From the NCBI GenBank assembly GCA_000708835.1, contig DF236970.1:186001-250000 (forward strand): a DNA stretch of 64,000 nt, read 5' to 3'. The notes under the pieces were generated by a model, which was given only the letters and a program-made list of their open reading frames with translations, searched no databases and had not been told where the DNA came from. The stretch's first letter is position 1; each line of letters begins with the position of its first letter. This stretch comes from Klebsormidium nitens. Lineage: Eukaryota; Plantae; Klebsormidiophyceae. The position numbers and the translations under genes were made by a program. Below are positions 49,666 through 61,600 of this stretch, piece after piece.

Positions 49666-52600
49666 ATGGCAACTTCCAACGACACCAACAAGAGCAACGA
49701 AGCGCAGAACGAGGAGAGCGTCGGGTCAGACATGGCCTCCCAGAAGCCTCCCAAGCCTAGTATTTCTTCAAAGTGGAAGTCGGCCGCTATCAAAACAGTT
49801 GAAAAGGAAACGGGCCAGAAAGTGACGTTTGATCCGGAGGACAGTGTACATAGCGGCAACTCGCTGTGGAACACGCTGGACGTGGAGCATCGGGAGGGGG
49901 GGTGAGACGTCCGAACCACTTTTCTTCTTGTGTTACGATAGGTCAACTGCAGTCTTGTTTGTTGAGACGGCAAAATTACCCAACGTTCTGTCTTTTTCTC
50001 TTTTGTCGCTTGAGCGCCACGCATCTTGACAGGTTGGACATGATTTCCTTTTCCCTTGTCGCATCGCTGCACCGACTTGCGAAAAGGTGACCCAGCATCG
50101 TCGTGGATTGGACACGGCATTAAAGTCCCTTTCGATTTGACCAGCACCGGACAGGTGTTGCAAGACATGTAATGGGCGCCATGACAAGTGCCTCAATAGC
50201 GAGGGTTGGTCACAAGTCTGCGCTCTGACACAAACCAACCAGAATTGGAAACACATTTGAGAATAGCTGGCTCGTAACAGAGAAGGTATAATCCTGCTTG
50301 CAACTGAAATCTTTTGTGAAGGAGGAGATTCCGCACATCTACGGGTTTCTTAGCCAAGCCACCGATATTTTTCACACCAGCATGAAATGTGCGTCAGATG
50401 GTCTGCCTGTAGCACGCAGCTGGATTTTTTGGCTGCTTGCGTTGAATGTGAATATCTCTACAAAGACAATTGAGCCCTCAGTCCGGCCTCACTGAAACCT
50501 GACTGCTCTGTAGATTGTCAACTGTGACGGCTCTTTTTCGTCACGTGAGGTTTGTAAGGCTCAGGGGATTGCCACCGTTCATGATGCCATGCATGTCGTC
50601 ATGACGATGCGACGAATTTCTTCCGGACAGACTCTCAGAATGCTGGCTTCTGTGCGAGCAACTAGAGCTGGCTTCCTCAACGCGTGTATAGTGAAAAGAC
50701 AGACAGACATCCTCAACCTGCTACAGAAAGCTTGGTAACAAGTTGTGATCAACGGCACTTTAGAAATGCTAGGGAACAGGTTCAGCCTCTTCATCTGCCC
50801 CTTACCATAGATCTCTTTCCGCTCCAGGTCCTTTTCAAAAGAACGGTCGATATCAGTGAGTACGCCTCAGCACTCATAAGCTCGCAGCTACCAGTCAGTA
50901 GTACCGCCGTGAATACCTTCTCCGCACGTGTACCCTACCTAGAAGCTCAGATCAAACGCACCCATCTCCGAGCGGTTAGCTTACAGTCCCTGCTGATTAC
51001 AGTTCCTGAACTGGACACTCACATTGTTAACCCGCTTCTTCTCCTGTGCAGGAGTCTCCACCGGCACAAGAGCAAGTTTCACGGTCTGGTCCAGCATGTG
51101 CTCGAGAAGTCTGTCAGCCAGGGGGATCAAGACCTCCTCTTTGCTCCGGTCAGTTCTGTCAATCTCACACTGCCTCATACTTTCACTCTCTTTGAGAGTT
51201 TCCAACAAATTCAAGGGTTTGCTAGTAACTGTCTACTGATCATTGCCGCCATTGCAATCTTTCTTTGCATGCTCACTGGCCCTTCTTTTTGAACAGTCTG
51301 GACTTTGTAGTTTCTGATGACTTTCAATTGAATTCAAAAAAACCCTTCTCTTCTGTCACCAATTCTTTCATGGCTGTTGCTTCCTGTCTGGCCAAGTGAG
51401 GCTCATACTTGCCGGCTGCGCAAACCAAAGACTGTGCTTTGCCCCAAGCACTGCTTATGTGCAGATGTGCACTCTTGAAAGCAGCCCTTTAAGCACACCA
51501 GTCCTTCGCTTCTTCTGTTTCGATTCTACAAACGAAAGAGGGGAGAAGAGCAGCTTGCCACACAACAGCCGCTTCAATCGAACTTGCGGTTTCCTCCTCT
51601 ATTTTGTCACACCCGCTCTTATGTGCGTCCACCTCGAAGCAACAACTTCCAGTAGGAGCTAACCACTATCTAAGCAAATATAGTCAACAACAGATGCCCC
51701 TGAATTGGCCGAAACCTATCTACTCCGCAAGCATCGGTCTCGCCTTCTAGCCAAGCTCTGAAGGCTCTTGTGCAAACACTAACCCGGTTCGCTTCAAGCA
51801 CTAACCTACTATGTCAACTGCACTCCCTTGCACGACCCCCCTGGACGATCCACCCCACCAGCAAAGCTTTGCTTCCGCAATCAATGTCAAAACCGACCTA
51901 CTTTCATCCTTAACCCGGTTCGCGGTCAGGCACTAACCCGGTTCGTCATCTGCAAACCCTCCCAGGTCCGCCCGTACGTAATCCACCCCGCCAGCAACAA
52001 GTACATTTACTACCAGTACTGCTTCATCCCGTTCGTGTTCTGGAGTGCTTGGGCCGTGCCATTCACGTGGGCCTTTCTCAACATTGGGCGCACGCACCCG
52101 CTCAGCATCATCGATTACTTCATCGACTTCCTGTTCTACATCGACGTCGTGGTTACGTTTCGGCTCGCGTACATCGAGAAGAGGACGTATCTCGTGGTCG
52201 ATGAGCCCCGTCGAATCGCCAGAAGGTGAAGGCTCTAGCGTTTCACACTGGTGGAATCAACTCTTCTCCTGCGAACTTGAAACGTTTTGCGATTACTTAC
52301 GGCCGTGGAGTTCCGGTTGGTGGTTGTGAAAGAGGATGTGGTTGCTGGAGAGTATGCACCTCAAAGCGCCGTACTTTTGACTTTTGATCCTTGTTCTTTC
52401 CGTCATAGACGTTTATTTTGAAGTTGTACGAGGTTGAGGTGTTGCCTTGACGCAAACACTGAGGAGGGGGCATGCGTTGCTGCGACAGCTTCGCCAATAG
52501 ACCAGAAAGGATAAGCCCCGTCATCTTTACAAAAGGCAATCTGATTGGGCAGAGTGTTTAACTTAAACCCGCATCTGCTCATCTTTCTTCGAGGTTCGCG

Positions 52601-55600
52601 TTCCGTCCGGCAGGTGACCTAAAGGAGCAGTTTGTTAGAGACGCGGTGGCCTACTCCCTGTTTTTAGCGAATGTTCGCCGGCATTCCGTTCCGCAATAAA
52701 ATTCCGTACGTTCCGTTTCCGTAGATACCTGCGGAGCACTTTTTTCCATGGACGTGGTGGCTTACTTTCCGTACCACATCTTACACCAGAAAACTTGTTG
52801 GCTTTCCGTTCCGCCAACTCATTCCGTCCGTTCCGTTCCGTTCCGTTCGGGCAGGTACCTGCGGAGCACTTTCGTCATGGACATGGTGGCCAATTTTCCG
52901 TACCACGTCTTCGGCGCACATCAGTCCGTGCGATGGCTCACGCTCGTTAAGCTCTGGCGTCTCAAGCGCATCGGGAGACTGTTTGCGAAGTGAGCAGACG
53001 AACGTTCTGAAACCTCACAGCATTTTTCCGGATGAAGCGTTGACATTGTGTAAGATCATACGCCACGAACCAGATAGGACCCTGCTTGTTTTGACCGAAG
53101 TTGCACATAGTCTGCTTGCCAGAATCTACGCGAATAATCCGTCTGAAGAGTCGACCCTTGTCAGAATCAAATATGTCGTCCAGATCATGTGTTCCAGCTT
53201 AAAAACTCCCTCCTTTGAAAACCATGTCCAAATCAACACTGCAAAGGCAGGAGCTAGATTTGGCCAGGCGGGAGAGTGAGCGTTCCACGAAACAGACTCA
53301 GCTGACAGGCCGTGACTACACGCGACTCCTCTATTTGTGCTCAAAACTCATGACATTTCGACCAGCCTTTACCGAGCCAGAGGTGGCTAAGGGTGCCCGG
53401 CGACGGGAAATCTGCAAAAAGCTTTCCAGATTTCTTGGCCAATCGGATGGCTTTCTAGGTCCACTTGGTAAACCAAGGTACACACCAGAGGAGGTAACTG
53501 GCTTGAAAAGTACCGTACCTTCTACCTGTCGCTACTACAAAGGCAACACTGGAGGCCAAGTAGGTTTTCGGTCGACGCGCAACCTAACTGACTTCTGCTC
53601 TCGTTCAGGGCTGAGAAGGACATCCGCATCAATTACTTCGTGGCACGGGTCTCGCATCTCTATCTGGTGAGCACGCTGCGATGCATCACAAGGTTCGTCA
53701 TGACCATCGAATCGACCCGTGAAAGCTTTTTTAGTATCTGGCCACTGCCTGGGCTAAATGCAGACGCCTTAGCAGGGTTTGGGTCGGGTACGCTTCTGAA
53801 GCAAGTAAAGTTTCTGGGTTAGAGAACGCAATGTTTTCTAGATTCTTGTGGAAAATCTACCTGGTCATTCTGCTCCGACGGACGCGTCCTGTTTTCAGAT
53901 CGGACGCTTTCCTTGCAGTCAAATTGGGTCGAATCGGGTTAGCGAACCGATTCACAAATGAGACGCGTTTGGAATCGAAATGTCTCAGCTTTTGGTCAAG
54001 TGTGACTTCGTTCCTCTGTGCTTTAGAGAACAGCATTCCCACATCCTATTCAAAGGCCCGAAACTCGTCTTTGGACTGCTAGTAATCTGCAACATCCTCA
54101 GAATCCCTTGTCGCCCCAATTATACCCAACTCCCCTACTGACTTTCTCAAAAGCCTTTCTTTCATGGAGCACATGACGGCGCGCATCAATTCGAAACACT
54201 TAAGCACCCCGAAGCGTCGCTTAGCGTCCTCCTCTAACCCCCTAGGAAAACTTCCAACGACTCCTGAACCACCTCGTAAGACCCCACAATATGCTGTTAA
54301 CCCCATCTTAAAGCAGTTGGTCAAATACGTGGCACACGTGGCGGCGAGCATCGCTGATGAGCTAACGTCTGGGTTCCTTCTAAAGCACCTCTTACTGCGT
54401 GCCCTGACCATCCTGAAACGCCGCTAGACCTCCTCCAAACCTTCTTTAACCCCTTTGTAAACCCACAGCTTCTCTTAACCTCTTCTTAACCCAGGTGGTT
54501 ATCTTCGTGGCGCACATGGCGGCGTGCATCATTTACGAGCTGGCGTCGGGCTACCCCGACTTCAAGCGCGAAAACACGTGGATCGCGCTCATGTATGGCG
54601 ATGAGTGGAAAGAACGGAGGTAAGGCGTTTGTGTCATTAGTTTCCCATATCTAGTTGATACTCTGCAGTCTCTACCCGAGTCTACATCGTACTCTGCGGT
54701 AACGTCGGAGACGCAACCCATTTAGGCTAATCGTCATCAAACATCAGATGATCGGACCTGCTTTCTTCTTACAGCTGCTGGAAGGGAAAGGGACTGGATT
54801 CAAAGATTTATCACCTCGTCCTATCATCCTCACAAGAGCTGCCTTTCCAGACAACAGTCCCTTATTGTTCATCAATTTGGCCTTTCTTGCTACTTACGTC
54901 CCCTTCGACTCACCCCGTCCCGACCAGATAAGTCAGCCCGATCCTGGGTGCTTTGATCGTTCGTCCCTCGTCTAAGTTAACCTTCCGCCCTACCTCTCTA
55001 GACTAATAACAATAAGCTTACATTACAGTAAAACCGAAGCTAACTACTACAAACCCGAACCCAAATAACCACCCGGTCCGCATCTGTAACCACCCTAACC
55101 CTCATACAAACCCTACCCATCCCACCTCTAGGATTTAACGTACAATAATCATCCCAGAGAACGATCCTTTCCCCCAGCCCCTCACTCTGAACCCAACTGC
55201 CACGTGTGCAGCGTCTACTCCAAGTACGTGGCGGCCATCTACTGGTCCATCACGACGCTGACGACCACGGGGTACGGCGACTTTCATCCGTACAACACGG
55301 GGGAGTTTATTTTCTGCGCCGTGTACATGCTCGTGGTGATGGCGATCACGTCATACGTGCTCGGCAACATGACCGCCATCATTGTCAAGCTCAGCTCCAG
55401 GGTGCAGGATTACGTGAGCGCACAATCCTCCCCTCTTTAGTTGTCTTTCCCTATCTTGCATCCGCAATTTCCTTGCTTGGGAATTCTCTCGCAACGGATG
55501 TGAAGGAAGCTGCCAATGTCTCTAAACCTTGCAGAATATTGAACGGCCTTCGTGTTGGAGCCCGATAAAGTCACGAAACCTGAGGCATACGAAAGTAAGA

Positions 55601-58600
55601 TTCTTGGTTGACACACACCTGGCATCCGGATTGCGAAGCAAGTCGCCCACTCTAGTCGTTGCGAAGGACCGAGCAAAGGAGGCAATGCTGAGGTGGCTGC
55701 AAAACACTCTAAACAGGCGCCCTGTCCAAGTAACGCATGTTTGAGGTCTTACGGTGCTTGAGTTCTCGTTGTTCACGTCCCTATCTTTGTTTGGCTTAAA
55801 AGCCCGCTAGAACGTCCGTGTTCAAGCTGCTCGTACCCGTTCAAGAGGCTATCGATGGAACAAATTTGACATGCTTGGACATACTGAACGTTCGAGTTCT
55901 CAAGTGGGGCCCCGTGCTGGCACAGCGACTTGAACAGGGCCTTGTTTTTAGCGTGAGAACATAAACCAAAGTCCTTTCTGCTTGCGTGCAGCGTGACAGC
56001 ATCAGCGCACTCGACGGCTTCGTGGCCCGCAACCGGTTGCCGCAGCACTTGCGCCGCCAAATGAAGCGTCACGCGCGGCTCAAGTTCGAAACGGCAGAGG
56101 ATCGATCCGTGAGTTTGCACTGTCCTCCTCCAAAGCGATTCCGTCTCGTATTGGCACAGATTATCGGAGCAGGAGGTTTCTTGTGTATCTTCGAGCTGCG
56201 CTTCTTCTGGCGAGGTTTGGTCTCGCCGACGCTGCCTGGAGAGCGAGGTGTTAAGTCTGCCCTCGAGAAAAGGCAGAGACGGCTGACAGGGAAAAGTGTT
56301 GGTTAAAGGAGTGAGTAAGGGTGTGCAGAAGGAGTACGCGCGTATGCTCTTGGGGAATGCTTCTTCAAAACGTAGAAGGCTGTTCTCATCTGTTAAGGAG
56401 AACAAGATCCTGACTCTAATTCACCCCCCCATTTCGCAGGATGTGGTCAAGGCGTTCCCCAAGAGCATCCGCGCGCGCATCTCGCGGTACCTTTACCGCG
56501 ACCTGGTGGAGCACATCTACCTCTTCCGCGACTGCTCGCGCGAGTTTGTCGCCACCCTAGTTGGTGACGTCAAGGTCGAGTGGTTCATGCCCGGGGAAGT
56601 CATCATCAACGAGCGAGACGCGCCGACGCTGTTCTACATTCTGGCAACCGGGAAGGTTGACATCATCACGACGCTTGAGGACGGGTCCGAAGAGGTAGGT
56701 GATGTTTCCGAGTAAGGAGGAATGGTTTTCACTTGACTCTGGGCCTCAAGAACGAGACCTTTAGGAGATTCTGCTATGATCCTTGGACGTGGTTTATTTA
56801 GTATGCCGCGCTTGAGGTCGCCTCCGAAGACGTGAGCTTCCATCAAGACGTCATCATAGAAAGCCGAGCGAAAGGTTGAAGGAGACTTGCGCTTTTCTCC
56901 TTGCGACCTCACTCAGACGCTCAATCCGGCGGAGCGAATCTTGAGTGCACGGTGTGTTGGTGGTTACGGGTTCGTTGAATGTCATTAAAGAGGCGAAGAT
57001 GAGGTGTACCATTCTTCGTATTGCAAGCACAAGATCAATTCAGCCCAAACCCAGTCCGAGTCATAGGCATCCAGTGGTCCCCTTTCTCCGCAGATATTTA
57101 CCGCAGTCGAAGGGGCAACGTAAGACAAGCCCAGATTCAGTTCGTTTCATAGGCACTCACTAGTCGCCGCTCTGCCTTCCTCCCCAGGTCATCACTGCAG
57201 TCAAGGAGGGCGACCTGTTCGGCGAGAGTCCGTCAATACACATGCAGCGAGATTTGACCAGCGGACACGTAAGCAGCGCACGAGTTACCAGCAACTTATG
57301 GGTCGCCGCTCTGCCTTTCTTCGCAGGTGATCACCGCAGTCGAGGAGGGCGACCTGTTCGGCGAGATCGGCGTTTTGTGCAACATGCCGCAGCCATTCAT
57401 GTGCCGCGCCACGCAGCTGACCAAAGTGCTGCGCATCGATCGGAACGATTTCTCGGGTGTGGTCCAGGCGTACGTTAAGGACGGGAACCAGGTGGTTCAG
57501 AACCTGCTCGAGGTAGGTTAAGACTTGCTTAACTCATGGTTAACTACCGTTAATGTGTGGCAAATTACTGTTATTAAAGCGTAGGTGAAACTTGAATTTG
57601 AGGGGCGGTCTAGGCGTATCTCAAGGAGGGGGAACTAGGTCGTCCAGAACCTGCTCGAGGTGGGTAAAAGCCTGGTTAGGGTCCGGTTGTCTGCTGCGAA
57701 CGAGCAAAAAGTTGGTAGGTTTCATGCCAGAAGTTAAGATTTTCTGTGGTAGTCCTCGCGCATGTCAGAGGGACCCGGTGGTTCAAAATCTGATCGAGGG
57801 GATTAAGGGCTAGTCAAGTCCCGATGGGAACCAGGTGGTTCAGAACCTGCTCGATGTAGGTTAAGGCCTAGTTCAGTCCCGATCAACTCCGTGAACGTGG
57901 AGATACGGTGGTCAGAGCGCGAGTGGGGCGCGCTTCCTGGCGAATAGTTTGGGGGTGGTCCAAGATATGCCAATTCTCGGTATGTTAAAGAGCAATTATT
58001 GGTTAGTAATTCATGAGCGTCCATAAGCCGTGGCTGACTTTGTCCGGAGTGCTTTGTTCGTAAAGAAGGAGACCAACAGTGCCTGCTCAAAGTGTTCCCT
58101 GCTCAATCTTTTGTCTTGTTTGGACCAGTCCCTATAGTGCAAACAGACAAGTACAATCGACCGCTCGCTTCTCCCGTCACAACGTACCAGGAGCGGAGCA
58201 GACGAACTGACGACCAGACAATTGACACCAAGCGTCTTAGGATCGAAATCAAATCCTCTCCACAATGGAGCGTGTGATGATTGAAGTACTGTTTCCGAAA
58301 ACGCTCCAACCTTCGAGGACCAGGCTGATTTACATTGTTGCTTATGCTGACCCGCCCAATGTCCGTTTTTGCAGCGGACAAAAACGAAGACGACGTTTTG
58401 GCGACACAGCTGTCGGAGAGACTCGCTTCGTACGCTATCTCGGCAAGGCTCCTCCAGCAGTAGTACCTTTTCCAGCAATACCGCCAGGTTCAAAATGCAA
58501 CCAGAACATGCCCGATCACAATACCTTCCGTTACCGTTCCTTGATCCCCTCCTGATTCCGTTTCCGTTTCCGTTTCCGTTTCCGCAGCGAACCAAAAACG

Positions 58601-61600
58601 AGGACGACATTTTGGCGACCAAGCTGTAGGACGAAACGCCCTTCGTACGCTATCATGGCAAGGTTGGCGTTCCTTGATTCCGTTCCGTTTCCGTTCCGTT
58701 TCCGCAGCGTACCAAGAACGAGGACGACGTTCTGGCGAGCAAGCTGTCGGCCGAGATCGTGTCGCTGATCAAGCAGCAGGAGGCTGAGCTCACGATGACG
58801 CTCGTCTACGTGGCGTCCCGCGGCGATCTGACCCATCTCCAAAAGCTGATGCACGGGGGGGTGGATCCCAACAAGGCGGACTACGATGGGCGGACCCCCC
58901 TGGTACGGACCAGCCAATCCTTCGGACCAGCCAAGTTTCCGTTCTGCTTTGGTCCTCGCATTGTAATAAATGGAGGTCATGCGGACGTCTGAGGATCTTC
59001 GGAAACCAAAAGAGTTCACAATCCTCTTCTCTGCGGTGGAAGGTGGAGTGGTTTCTCCACCTTGAGCGGATTCACAAGTTGAATGCGCTCGTTGTGAGCA
59101 TATCTGCTCATAAAACGCTCTTCAGAGAGGCAAAGTGGATATTCTGTAAGGCAGAGAAGTAGCGCAACGGCCCTCTGCTCGATGACAGTTTCTCCCCCAA
59201 ACTGGTCAATCTGTTCCCAAGAGTCGAAGAAGTCATACATAACCCCCTTGTTCTTTCCCGCAGCATTTGGCTGCCTCCAAGGGCTTCGACGAAATCATCC
59301 CCTTTTTCCTCGCTTTGACAAATCCAGGTTCCTTTCATGGCTTTTTAACGCGCGAAGAGGTTTACAATTCCCAGTTACCCCAGTGAAAAGGCTTTCGGCT
59401 TCCTTACAAGGCGCCTGTCGAATCCCCCGCAGCATTTGGCCGCGTCCAAGGGCTTCGACGACATCCTTCGGTTCCTCATCCGCGAGGGCGCTGACGTCAA
59501 CTACCGCGACAACTTCGGGACGACCCCCCTGAACGAGGCGCTCAAGAACGGCCAGGACGACTCCGCGCGGCTGCTCTGGGATAACGGCGCGCGCCTCAGC
59601 AAAGTACGCGCGGGGTCCGAGATGTGCGAGGCGGCCGCGGCAGGTGGGTACCTTTAGGGTTTTAGGGTTTGGATAACCAGTAGATTCTGAACTTTGGGCA
59701 GAAAACGAGGCGCGCGTCAGCAAAGAAAGCGGAGTCCCAGATGTGCGAGGCGGCTGCCCCAAGTGGATTAGGGTTCTTAAAGTTGTTTAGGGTTTGGAAG
59801 ATCAATAAGAGTGCGAGGATCTGGAAAGGAAAAACATGCTCCCCTCAATAAGAACGCGGGGTCGGAGATGTGCGAGGGGCCACGGCAGGTGGGAATTGGT
59901 CCATGGTTTTAGGATTTTAGGGTGTTAGGGTTTGGGTGGTTGTATTGAGATCCAACTTTCGACGTAGGGTCTGAGAGGGATTCAGGTTCTAAGATTGTAC
60001 TAGAATTTCAAACAGGTGGTGCTTTGTGCTAAGATCGAATGGATCCAGGGGTGTTGGAAGCAATCAGGATTCGAAGTGTTTGGTACCGATCGGGAGTCTG
60101 GATAACGGCGAGCAATAAGGAGCGCGTCGGGTCAGAGACGTGCGAGGCGGCCACCTTCCGCCTTAGCTGGGGATGCATCTTAAGGTTTGTGAACTTCTGA
60201 GGTTATCGGGTTAGGAAAGCTTCCAGCCTCCACCGTGCATGCAAAGTGGAGCATCTGAAACCCCTGATGGAGTACGGTACAAATACCGACACAACCAACT
60301 ACCACTCCTGACCCAGCTTCAACCCGGTTCATCGAACCAGGACGCCTACGCACTGAAGATCCAGAATTTGCCTAATCCAAACTTGAACCAGTCACGAAGC
60401 GCAAAGCTACTGTAGTGCAGGGAACGTGGAATACCTGAGGCGCCTACTGGCAGTGGAGTACGGCGCCAGTCCGACTCGGCCAGCCACGATTCATAACCCA
60501 AGTATGCACCTATCTTGTCTGACCCAGACGCCTATTCGCAGATACTCGCAGATACTTGAAAACATTTTCCTAGCCCAAATCCAAGAATCAAAGCGGTTGC
60601 AGGCAACGTGGAATATCTGAAGCGCCTGCTTGAATACGGCGCCAACCCGAACTCCGCTGACTACATTTCCGAGCCCAGGTCCAACCCCGTTTCGCCTAAC
60701 CCGGACTCCTATCCAGGCCACACATATCTGAACACAATATCTCCAACCAAACCTAACCCAAAATATACTTGGTGCAGTAAACGTGGAATACCGGAAGCGC
60801 CTCCTGGAGTACGGCGCTGACCCGTCCGCTAACTACAACTCCTAACCCAGTTCCGACCCTGTTTCGTCTAACTCGGACGCCTACCCAGACATAACGGAAC
60901 ACGACTTTCCTAACCGGATGTAACCGAAGATCAACTTGGTGCAGGAAACGTGGAATACTTAAAGCGCCTACTATATCCGGGTTCCCCTGACTGTAAATCC
61001 TAACCGCGCCCCAACCCCGTTCCGTTCAACCCGGACGCCTGCTCACACACCTGGACACGACTCTCCTAACCAAACCTAACCCAAAATTTCTTGGTGCAGG
61101 GAATGTGGAATATCTAAGTCGCCTCCTAGAGTACGGCGCGGATCCGGATTCCGCTGATTGTAATTGCTAACCCAGCTCCATCCCGTTCCATCTCATCAAA
61201 CGCTCATACCTGAACACGACTTTCCTGACCAAACCTAACCCAAAATCTTCTTGGTGCAGGAAACGTGGAGTATCTAAAGCGCCTGCTTGAATACGGCGCG
61301 GATCCGGACTCCGCTGATTACGACTTCCGTACGGCGCTGCACGTCGCGGCGGCGGAGGGCTACTTTCTCGTGGCTAAGGTGCTGGTGGATAACGGGGCAA
61401 ACGTTTTGTTCGCGGATCGCTGGGGACACACCGCCATTGACGAGGTGATTCTGCTAAACTACCTTTTCAACCAAGGGAGATTGCTGACTTTGGCTTCGAT
61501 TGCGATGTGCTGTTTGCGACCGCTGGGGGCACACTGCCATCGACGAGGTGACTAAGATTAACCACGTTTTCAACCGCGGGAGACTGCTGACTTTGGTTGC

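Noticed and set aside
50684-51292. 202-aa ORF inside the K+ channel gene
   Set aside because: Lies in introns, overlaps the 28-nt microexon in another frame, and has no motif or coding-like codon bias; likely chance.
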